64,000 bases of DNA from a bacterium (lineage in GTDB: Bacteria > Patescibacteriota > Patescibacteriia > Patescibacteriales > UBA12465), in assembly GCA_021806615.1 (NCBI GenBank), contig JAJZRB010000001.1:143201-207200 (forward strand), read 5' to 3'. The notes under the pieces are model-generated. The model was given only the letters and a program-made list of their open reading frames with translations, was not told where the DNA came from and did not search any database. Position 1 is the stretch's first letter. Each line of letters starts with the position of its first letter. Shown here in pieces: positions 1 through 6,433 of the stretch. Made by a program: the position numbers and the translations under genes.

Positions 1-27
1 TCCTCCTCGGTAATCTGGGGACTGAAT

Positions 28-801
28 TTATAAATCAGAAATTTCTAGAATGAGCGGGTAGTGGTCTGAAATTTCAATTTCTTCAACCGTCATTTTCCGA
101 GCTGACAATCCTTGGCTCAAGAATATGAAATCAATCGCCTCGCCCTTAGGCCGAGTGCTAGGAATATTAAAAATGGCATTGATGTTATTAAAATGCTTAC
201 TGATCAGAGAAATGCTTTCCGTCCTTAAAAGAACATTAAAATCTCCGAGCAGGATACTGGGCATATTTTTCTCCTGTAATCTTTCGAGAATGAATTCGCT
301 TTGCCGGATAGACCGCTCTGAATCCAGTTTATCAGCAGACCAAGTGCCGTGGACATTAGCCACTTGGATGATGCTCCCGCCGACTTCAATATCGCATATT
401 TGCAGAGCGCGGCCGTGATCGTCACCGTTATAAAAATTGGTCCGATCGCGGTCAAATTCATAATTTTTGTGATAAAAATAATTATAGCCGTGGACGATCG
501 GATATTTTGATAAGATCAGCTTGCCTTGCTCGACCATGCCGCCGAAATCTTTGTTTCTTAATCCGGATGGTTCGGTATGCTTATCAGCGACCCATTCGGG
601 AGCGAAAAAATAATAAGGATAATCTTCCCCTAATATCCGCCGAATGGTTTCTTCCGATCGATACAGAGGATGTACGTTTGGATCCAATGGACGGACGACT
701 TCCTGCAAACAGACGATATCCGCGGCTTGAGCCTTCAGATATTCGCCGACTTGCCGGCTGTTATCTATCTTAATACCAATATTAAAGCTGATGATTTTCA
801 T
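28..801 (-). CDS. endonuclease/exonuclease/phosphatase (EEP) family protein
   Basis: 257-aa ORF. The N-terminal MKIISFNI..ADIVCLQEV and C-terminal ..SDHYPL pattern is typical of the EEP/DNase I-like fold. Confidence 0.8.
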   Translation of the reverse strand: MKIISFNIGIKIDNSRQVGEYLKAQAADIVCLQEVVRPLDPNVHPLYRSEETIRRILGEDYPYYFFAPEWVADKHTEPSGLRNKDFGGMVEQGKLILSKYPIVHGYNYFYHKNYEFDRDRTNFYNGDDHGRALQICDIEVGGSIIQVANVHGTWSADKLDSERSIRQSEFILERLQEKNMPSILLGDFNVLLRTESISLISKHFNNINAIFNIPSTRPKGEAIDFIFLSQGLSARKMTVEEIEISDHYPLILEISDL

Positions 802-859
802 ATTATGGCTATTTCCCTATATTAGACTGACATAATTTATTATAGCATTCCCCTCATAC

Positions 860-880
860 AAAAACAGCCCTTTCGGACTG
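860..880 (-). terminator. hairpin plus T-run after the cupin unit
   Basis: Minus-sense CAGTCC-GAAA-GGGCTG followed by TTTTTG. It lies 12 nt downstream of element E copy 1. Confidence 0.6.
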
Positions 881-892
881 TCTCTGTTTAGT

Positions 893-920
893 GAGCTCCT
901 TTTGGAGTTTGGTTATAAAT
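893..920 (-). repeat. 28-bp element E, copy 1
   Basis: gagctccttttggagtttggttataaat, identical to copies at 1409-1436 and 3089-3116. It lies 21 nt after the cupin stop codon. Confidence 0.9.
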
Positions 921-941
921 TTAGATAAATAGAAACTAAGC

Positions 942-1295
942 TTATTCAGTTCTCTCCGTTATTTCTTTATTTGGATCATAAGCGGGGGTATGGACTAAAA
1001 ACATCTTTAATACTCCGTTTATGGATTTATAATCATATTCAATATTTTTAGGAAGAATACAGACGTCCGACTTAGCAACATGAATTATTTCGTTATTAAT
1101 TTCAAATTCGCCCTCGCCGTCGATAATATAATAAATTCTATCACTTTCTGTAGCCTTGGTTTTACCATGACTGCCAGTAACTTCGAAATAGGCAGCGCTT
1201 GCTCTAGGAAATTCTTCTTTGGAGTTGAAGGCCCACCCCTTTAAGCCATTCCAGCCGAACTCTCGCGCATTTTTAAGTGTAAATTTCATATTCAC
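942..1295 (-). CDS. cupin domain protein
   Basis: 117-aa ORF with a single beta-barrel pattern (..YFEVTGSHGKTKATESDRIYYIIDGEGEF..ILPKNIEY..) resembling small cupins. Confidence 0.6.
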   Translation of the reverse strand: MNMKFTLKNAREFGWNGLKGWAFNSKEEFPRASAAYFEVTGSHGKTKATESDRIYYIIDGEGEFEINNEIIHVAKSDVCILPKNIEYDYKSINGVLKMFLVHTPAYDPNKEITERTE

Positions 1296-1374
1296 TTTTT
1301 ATATAAATTACATTTTTATTATATCATTTGAGGTAATTTTTATAAACTTTTCAAAAAGGTGTTTCTAGAGTATC

Positions 1375-1400
1375 AAAAAATGCCCTAAGATTAAGGCATT
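1375..1400 (-). terminator. hairpin plus T-run after the 228-aa ORF
   Basis: Minus-sense AATGCC-(10 nt loop)-GGCATT followed by TTTTTT. Confidence 0.6.
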
Positions 1401-1408
1401 GTTTGTTG

Positions 1409-1436
1409 GAGCTCCTTTTGGAGTTTGGTTATAAAT
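1409..1436 (-). repeat. 28-bp element E, copy 2
   Basis: Perfect copy located 5 nt after the TAG stop of ORF 1442..2128. Confidence 0.9.
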
Positions 1437-1441
1437 TAATA

Positions 1442-2128
1442 CTATTCATAATTAAGAATTATACCTTGCCCTCCTATAACAAAACCATTTCTATTACTTA
1501 AAGTTTGCTTCTTGGGATAATCTGGAACCAAGGTACGCAACAACTCATGAGTTATCTGCCTAATTGCAGCTAATTCTGCTCCTTTCACTGGTATCCATTT
1601 ATCACTGTAATCTCTGGAAACCCAGCCCAATGAATTGCTTCTACTAAGGCTTGCATATTTTTCATTTAATTCAGGGTCTACATGAGAACCGCCGTCTTGA
1701 TTGGCTACCGCAAGGACAATATCTTTGCGACTATAGCTATTCCCCAGCTTGTCATTAAAAATTATTTCACTCCAGTAATTCTCAAAGTCTATATACCCAG
1801 TAATATCGTTGGATGAATCGAAGTTTGGCACATAACCGCCAGCGTCTCCTATGAGTAGCCCGACCAATCCTGCATACCCTCCGACTAGCTGTTGATTGTC
1901 TGAAAGTTTTGGTGGCTTTACACAAGTACTTAAGAATTTAGTATCCTTTAAATTTAACTGACCCAACAATGAGTGTGATTTAAGCGTGTCATGTAAAAGA
2001 ATCCTTATAGTCGTCGCCATTCTTTTTGATTCCGATTCAAAACCTCTATCATACGCCTGGGCGGACAACTTCAAAAATTCAATTTGATCATTTAGCTGAT
2101 TTTGGAGATCGTCTAATGTTTGTTTCAT
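1442..2128 (-). CDS. hypothetical protein (228 aa), coupled to HEPN-like paralog A
   Basis: Long ORF whose start lies 10 nt after the stop of ORF 2139..3002. No family recognised. The C-terminal ..AAIRQITHELLR.. is only Rx3H, so it is not a canonical HEPN motif. Confidence 0.6.
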   Translation of the reverse strand: MKQTLDDLQNQLNDQIEFLKLSAQAYDRGFESESKRMATTIRILLHDTLKSHSLLGQLNLKDTKFLSTCVKPPKLSDNQQLVGGYAGLVGLLIGDAGGYVPNFDSSNDITGYIDFENYWSEIIFNDKLGNSYSRKDIVLAVANQDGGSHVDPELNEKYASLSRSNSLGWVSRDYSDKWIPVKGAELAAIRQITHELLRTLVPDYPKKQTLSNRNGFVIGGQGIILNYE

Positions 2129-2138
2129 AAAACCAATA

Positions 2139-3002
2139 TTATAAACTGACGTGTGGCAAAAAATCTAAAGATATTTTTTTAAATAAAGAAAGAAGATTCC
2201 CCTTTATCATCTTGCAATATTCAAACATGTCTGTACCACTCGGTAATTGAGGATTACGTAATATTTTTTTTCTATTATCTAAAACGAAAAGTTGTAGGCT
2301 ATAGACTTTTGATCGATGGGCGACCATATTGCGTAACTTATGAACCTCATCGATCCAATTATCAATCTCTGTCTCAAAAAGATCAGCTAATTTTCTTTCT
2401 TTGACTCCTTTACTCGCTCGTAAACTGGCGATAGTCTTCTCTCCAGCTTTTTGCCCACCTCTAAATCCGATTATCCATTCCTCTCCATCAAGACATGGGT
2501 AAAATATTTTCAAAAGATGAATTAGTACATCAAGAGAAGAATATACTTGCATTAGAAAGGATTCAAACTCAAACAGAATAACGTCATTAATAAATTCAGT
2601 TTCTGATAAATTCATAGGCAATTTCTCATAAACCGGGGGGACTAAATTTTTTATTTCATTCTCAATTAGGGAAAAACTGTAATTCACGGCTTGCATTTTA
2701 TGTCGGCAGTTTTCAATAGCAATATCCAAATTGTTCATTTTTTTATTATCCTTTAATTTACGTACAAATATGCCATTTAAAATTTTTTGCTCGTCAGAAT
2801 TTAAAACTGAATCTAAATCAGACATGGTTTTATTTACCGATTTATTTAAAACTTCTTTTTCTTCATCACTAATCCTAAAACCATCCATTCCCAAGTCTAT
2901 ATCCGAAAATAAGCCTACCGACTCTCTTCTGTACTGATCAAATCTAGAATCTGATAATAAGAGCTTGTCTCTCATAATGTTATAATAACTATCTTCTGGC
3001 AT
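2139..3002 (-). CDS. HEPN-like (RNxxxH) protein, paralog A
   Basis: The track ORF 2139..3155 was trimmed to Met52 (ATG at 3002). The longer form reads through a terminator hairpin and element E, and the trimmed N-terminus (MPEDSYYNIMRDKLLLSDSRFD) aligns with paralog B (MSRYKIMKDKILFSDRRFD). Shared motifs are ENCRHK, YSxxLIENE, ExESFxxQV, AGExT and LRNMVAHRS (R-N-x3-H). Confidence 0.7.
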   Translation of the reverse strand: MPEDSYYNIMRDKLLLSDSRFDQYRRESVGLFSDIDLGMDGFRISDEEKEVLNKSVNKTMSDLDSVLNSDEQKILNGIFVRKLKDNKKMNNLDIAIENCRHKMQAVNYSFSLIENEIKNLVPPVYEKLPMNLSETEFINDVILFEFESFLMQVYSSLDVLIHLLKIFYPCLDGEEWIIGFRGGQKAGEKTIASLRASKGVKERKLADLFETEIDNWIDEVHKLRNMVAHRSKVYSLQLFVLDNRKKILRNPQLPSGTDMFEYCKMIKGNLLSLFKKISLDFLPHVSL

Positions 3003-3031
3003 ACTATTAATTTTTTTAAAAATTAAAATAC

Positions 3032-3054
3032 AAAAACCCTCATTACGAGGGTTT
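3032..3054 (-). terminator. hairpin plus T-run after HEPN-like paralog B
   Basis: Minus-sense AAACCCTC-GTAAT-GAGGGTTT followed by TTGTATTTT. It is preceded by a second perfect palindrome, GGGGGTTTATAAACCCCC (3064-3081). Confidence 0.65.
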
Positions 3055-3065
3055 CTGTAGTCTGG

Positions 3066-3092
3066 GGGTTTATAAACCCCCGTAAATGGAGC
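3066..3092. repeat. 27-bp imperfect direct repeat, distal copy (DR-L)
   Basis: gggtttataaacccccgtaaatggagc matches 6222-6248 (ggatttataaatccccctatatggagc) at 23 of 27 positions in the same orientation. Confidence 0.7.
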
Positions 3093-3116
3093 TCCTTTTG
3101 GAGTTTGGTTATAAAT
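3089..3116 (-). repeat. 28-bp element E, copy 3
   Basis: Perfect copy. It overlaps the last three codons (P-Y-L) and the TAA stop of ORF 3109..3930. Confidence 0.9.
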
Positions 3117-3930
3117 ATGGCTCGTCGGAAATCCTTTTAAGTTCTGGCGAGACAAAATTGTCTAAAATAGTCTTATATAGATTCAGTAATTTATTGTATA
3201 TATCTTGACAATATCTAAGCACTTCCGTGTTATCAGGCATTAACGGTTTAACTACTTTTCCGCTACCAGATTCATAGACAAAACACGTAAAGCCCTTAAG
3301 CGCGGATCTATGGACTATATTATTACGTAATTCATTTAAATTCTGAATCCAAGTGTCTATTTGTTCATCAAAAAATTCTGCCATTTCAGAATTACCACCT
3401 TTTCTCACGAAATCGGCGGTAGTTTCGCCCGCCCTTCTGTCGCTCTTAAAACTTGCTTTATCATTACCTCTTTCATCAATATAAGGGTACAAGTATTTTA
3501 AAAGCTGCACAATAATATCTAAATTGCCTCGCACTTGAGATACGAATGATTCAGTTTCATTTATAAGCACTTCATTCATTAACTCTGCATATGGAAACAT
3601 CTTATTTTTTATCATTTCGGAATATTCTTCTATCTCCTGTTTAGTCGGCCCAAAGTTAACTTCATTTTCAATTAAAGCTAGAGAATATCTTGCGGCAGCT
3701 AACTTGTGTCTACAATTTTCTACTCTTACTCTTATATCATCTAGTAATTTTGATATTGCGATATGCTTTCCCGTGCCCGCCTCTTTCGTTGTGCGAGGTG
3801 GCCTATAAAACCCCTCTATTGGCATATCAAAAATTTTATTAATCTCCTCATAAACTGTATCAAATCTTCTGTCCGAAAACAGTATTTTGTCTTTCATAAT
3901 TTTATAGCGGCTCATATTAGTAAAAATCAT
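3109..3930 (-). CDS. HEPN-like (RNxxxH) protein, paralog B
   Basis: 273-aa ORF, a divergent paralog of 2139..3002, with LRNNIVHRS (R-N-x3-H), ENCRHK and ETESFVSQV motifs. An alternative start is Met6 at 3915. Confidence 0.7.
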   Translation of the reverse strand: MIFTNMSRYKIMKDKILFSDRRFDTVYEEINKIFDMPIEGFYRPPRTTKEAGTGKHIAISKLLDDIRVRVENCRHKLAAARYSLALIENEVNFGPTKQEIEEYSEMIKNKMFPYAELMNEVLINETESFVSQVRGNLDIIVQLLKYLYPYIDERGNDKASFKSDRRAGETTADFVRKGGNSEMAEFFDEQIDTWIQNLNELRNNIVHRSALKGFTCFVYESGSGKVVKPLMPDNTEVLRYCQDIYNKLLNLYKTILDNFVSPELKRISDEPYL

Positions 3931-3957
3931 CTATACAATAAAAGTCAGATTCCTTAA

Positions 3958-4245
3958 CTACTTGATAAAAGGAATTTTATCTAAAATATATCTTCTTTTT
4001 CTTTCTAACTCCTCGAAAATAAATTTATTTTTTTCTTTAATCTGTAAAATGCGTCCGTCCATAATACTCTGAAGGACCGGCTTTTGCTTCTCTGCCTCTA
4101 TCGCATTGTTTAATTCCTTATACTTAATTTTTAAGTCTCTTTCAATTATAACTACTCGCACATAGGACATTACAACATGAAAAATTGCTAAAACGGCAAA
4201 TAATTTTAAAAAATAATCTACATATTTAAATACAATGGTGAGCAT
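3958..4245 (-). CDS. small membrane protein (N-terminal TM helix plus charged coiled-coil tail)
   Basis: 95-aa ORF, 27 nt upstream of paralog B and 17 nt downstream of ORF 4263..4760. It has a hydrophobic FLKLFAVLAIFHVVMSYVRVVII segment followed by a K/E-rich helix. Confidence 0.5.
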   Translation of the reverse strand: MLTIVFKYVDYFLKLFAVLAIFHVVMSYVRVVIIERDLKIKYKELNNAIEAEKQKPVLQSIMDGRILQIKEKNKFIFEELERKRRYILDKIPFIK

Positions 4246-4262
4246 ATTTCAAAAGCTAAATT

Positions 4263-4760
4263 CTAGGTTCTTTTTTGCCAAAACGCTACGATAGCTAAAA
4301 TTATTGTCCCAACTGCCATTATCCAGGTGCCGAGCACCAGCCAGAAATTCATTTTACGCTGATTTTTCAGAGAATCAATGGCAGTATATTCTGCAGTTGA
4401 TATTTCATAACCACACAAATTACAGACAACGGTGGACGGATATGATTTTTCAGAAGTTTGTACAAAGGGCATGCGCTGGATAAATTTATGCTCACATCCA
4501 TTAACCTTAGATTGATTTTTTATAATACTAATTTCTCTCACCCCGAACTCTGTTATTCTTATGGCTCCATCTTCTCCCCAAATTATTTTTCCGCTATCAG
4601 CCATTCGGCGCATAAGAGCCTTAAATTTAACCATCTGAACATAATCACCACCTTTAACAAACTGATTTTCAAGTTTAGGATAAATTTGATTAAATTGAGG
4701 GCCGACTTCTTCGTTAATAATTTTAATTTGTTCTAAAATTTGCATCTCTTTTTCTTCCAT
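4263..4760 (-). CDS. C-terminally membrane-anchored protein with a CxH...CxxC zinc-ribbon-like motif
   Basis: 165-aa ORF with ..NGCEHKF..(22 aa)..VVCNLCGYE.. and a terminal TM helix FWLVLGTWIMAVGTIILAIVAFW. No family recognised. Confidence 0.55.
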   Translation of the reverse strand: MEEKEMQILEQIKIINEEVGPQFNQIYPKLENQFVKGGDYVQMVKFKALMRRMADSGKIIWGEDGAIRITEFGVREISIIKNQSKVNGCEHKFIQRMPFVQTSEKSYPSTVVCNLCGYEISTAEYTAIDSLKNQRKMNFWLVLGTWIMAVGTIILAIVAFWQKRT

Positions 4761-4820
4761 ATTTATAAACAGATTAACGCTTAAATTATTTTGATGTACT
4801 TATATCATCCCAATCATCGG

Positions 4821-5276
4821 TTATTTGCCACTTGGGTTATTATCTAATATTTTATAGGACAAATTTACATCCAACGGTGTCTCCGAAGCAACTTCAAATT
4901 TAGTACCTTTTTTTTGTAATATTCTATAGTAATATCTCCCACCCTCGGTTATCTGTATGCCCTGCATGTTTGTTATACTTCTTAATCTCTTTTCACCTTT
5001 TTTTGCCTTTAGGCCAACGGAAAATTCATTTAAAACTTCTCCCTTAGGATCCACGAGATCTATCTTTATTTCAGCTAAATTTTCCCTTGTATCGTCTTCG
5101 ATAGTCCAAAAACTAATAAGCTGAAGATTAAAAGGAATAACTAGCTTATCATTTTTAGACATCTTTTTCCTATCAATCATTAACTGCACTTCTTCAATAC
5201 AGTTAAATAAACTAAGGAGATTGGTTTGAGCATCTATTGATGATTTTTCACAAATTATTGACCAAATGTTTTTCAT
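4821..5276 (-). CDS. hypothetical protein (151 aa, predicted all-beta)
   Basis: ORF starting 11 nt after the XRE gene stop. No motif recognised. Confidence 0.5.
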   Translation of the reverse strand: MKNIWSIICEKSSIDAQTNLLSLFNCIEEVQLMIDRKKMSKNDKLVIPFNLQLISFWTIEDDTRENLAEIKIDLVDPKGEVLNEFSVGLKAKKGEKRLRSITNMQGIQITEGGRYYYRILQKKGTKFEVASETPLDVNLSYKILDNNPSGK

Positions 5277-5287
5277 ATTTTTATTAT

Positions 5288-5698
5288 TTATTTAGTAGAT
5301 ATATTATAAGCCTCATGCGATAAAACGTTGTCCCTTAATCTATCAGCGGTGTTATTTATCGTCCCACCGCCTGCGAATATAATGTTATATGGGATATTAA
5401 AATCTAAAATACTACTCCAGCTTTTATAACTAAAATTTAAAACACTTGCTATTCGATTAAGCAGTGCAAAACCAATATTAACATCTCCGCTCTCAACTCT
5501 TGAAATAACCTTCTGAGTCGTTTGAGCTTCTTTAGCTAACTTTTGCTGACTCATACCAAGAGCTTCTCTGGTATTATAAATCTCAACTCCCAACCTTATT
5601 CTTTCCATTGCTTCTCTTGAAAATTTTTCAAAATACTTACCCTTTCTGGCCTCTGCCATCGGATCAATATTTAATTTTTTGTTATTCATATTTTTCAT
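5288..5698 (-). CDS. XRE-family helix-turn-helix protein (HigA-like antitoxin candidate)
   Basis: 136-aa ORF. The HTH_3-type segment is ..LGMSQQKLAKEAQTTQKVISRVESGDVNIGFALLNRIA... It overlaps the upstream toxin-like gene by 17 nt. Confidence 0.75.
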   Translation of the reverse strand: MKNMNNKKLNIDPMAEARKGKYFEKFSREAMERIRLGVEIYNTREALGMSQQKLAKEAQTTQKVISRVESGDVNIGFALLNRIASVLNFSYKSWSSILDFNIPYNIIFAGGGTINNTADRLRDNVLSHEAYNISTK

Positions 5699-6107
5699 AA
5701 TTTTTTGGATTTAATTTAAAAATATTTAAATACTTCTCACCAATCTTGTTTTGTTTATCAACTTTTTTCTTCTCTCTGTCGGTATCATAATTGACAGGCT
5801 TCTCAAAAGCATGAAGAAGAACTATTTTTTCTTGATGTCGAAAATAAAGAATTCTAATAACTGTTGTTTCGTCTTTGGGATTCAATATTTCAAAACAACT
5901 ATAGCCATGTAATGGTTTAGAAATTGGAGGAGTCGGCCTACCTTCGTTGCCCTTAACATGCTGTATCTTAGCATCTATATTAGCTAGTATTTTCTGCTTT
6001 CTTTTAACAACTGCTTCTTTATCTCCTTTGTTTTCTCGATATTGTTTTAAATATTCCTTTACCGGGCAGTTTTTTGAACCTTTATCATAAAAATAAACAG
6101 GTTCCAT
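5682..6107 (-). CDS. RelE/HigB-like toxin of the Gp49 (DUF891) type
   Basis: 141-aa ORF. ..PVKEYL..AKIQHV..KPLHGYSCFEI..IRILYFRHQEKIVLLHAFEK.. follows the Gp49/RelE pattern. The toxin-first order matches higBA-type pairs. Confidence 0.7.
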   Translation of the reverse strand: MEPVYFYDKGSKNCPVKEYLKQYRENKGDKEAVVKRKQKILANIDAKIQHVKGNEGRPTPPISKPLHGYSCFEILNPKDETTVIRILYFRHQEKIVLLHAFEKPVNYDTDREKKKVDKQNKIGEKYLNIFKLNPKNYEKYE

Positions 6108-6136
6108 ATTTACATGATTAAATTGATTCTAACCTT

Positions 6137-6164
6137 ATTATATCCTATTGGATATAATTGTCAA
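6137..6164 (-). promoter_or_regulatory. near-consensus sigma70-type promoter with an embedded palindromic operator
   Basis: Minus-sense TTGACA (6164-6159), a 16-nt spacer, then TATAAT (6142-6137). A perfect inverted repeat TTATATCC-n4-GGATATAA (6138-6157) spans the spacer and the -10 element. Confidence 0.7.
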
Positions 6165-6172
6165 TACCAATT

Positions 6173-6200
6173 ACAAAAGCCCTCCCAAAATGGGAAGGCT
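6173..6200 (-). terminator. terminator of the tmRNA/tRNA-Leu/tRNA-Gly unit
   Basis: Minus-sense AGCCTTCCC-ATTTT-GGGAGGGCT (9-bp stem including one G-U pair) followed by TTTTG. Confidence 0.75.
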
Positions 6201-6221
6201 CTTGTAAACACTGGGACTTAT

Positions 6222-6248
6222 GGATTTATAAATCCCCCTATATGGAGC
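6222..6248. repeat. 27-bp imperfect direct repeat, tRNA-proximal copy (DR-R)
   Basis: It matches 3066-3092 at 23 of 27 positions. Positions 6243-6248 are the GCTCCA 3' terminus of tRNA-Gly. Confidence 0.7.
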
Positions 6249-6317
6249 GGGTAACGGGAATTGAACCCGTCTCTCGACCTTGGCAAGGTCGCATAATAGC
6301 CACTATACGATACCCGC
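6243..6317 (-). tRNA. tRNA-Gly(GCC), CCA encoded
   Basis: Hand-folded cloverleaf with acceptor GCGGGTA/TACCCGC, anticodon arm CGACC-TTGCCAA-GGTCG and T arm ACGGG-TTCAATT-CCCGT. Confidence 0.9.
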
Positions 6318-6336
6318 AAATTTGAAAAGCTGAAAG

Positions 6337-6420
6337 TGCCGCGGGCGGGAATCGAACCCGCACTGTATCGCTACAACTGGATTTTAAGTCCAGCGCGTCT
6401 GCCAGTTCCGCCACCGCGGC
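6337..6420 (-). tRNA. tRNA-Leu(TAA), long variable arm, no encoded CCA
   Basis: Acceptor GCCGCGG/CCGCGGC, anticodon arm CTGGA-CTTAAAA-TCCAG, T arm with GGTTCGATTCC. Confidence 0.9.
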
Positions 6421-6433
6421 TCTTTTGTCAATG

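Noticed and set aside
125-773. Plus-strand ORFs 125..418 and 507..773, and minus-strand ORF 225..461
   Set aside because: They overlap the well-supported EEP gene (antisense or in another frame) and show no recognisable motifs, so they are shadow ORFs.
893-3116. Three copies of a 28-bp repeat considered as a possible CRISPR array
   Set aside because: The intervals between copies are 0.5 and 1.7 kb and consist of full protein-coding genes with their own terminators. There are only three copies and no cas genes, so the spacing and content are incompatible with CRISPR.
3003-3155. N-terminal 51 residues of track ORF 2139..3155
   Set aside because: The extension reads through element E, two hairpins and the stop codon region of the upstream gene. 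The paralog alignment starts at Met52, so the gene was trimmed to 2139..3002.
800-6242. Classifying the island as a prophage or integrative conjugative element
   Set aside because: No integrase, capsid/terminase, relaxase or T4SS genes are present. Only att-like repeats and cargo genes were seen.
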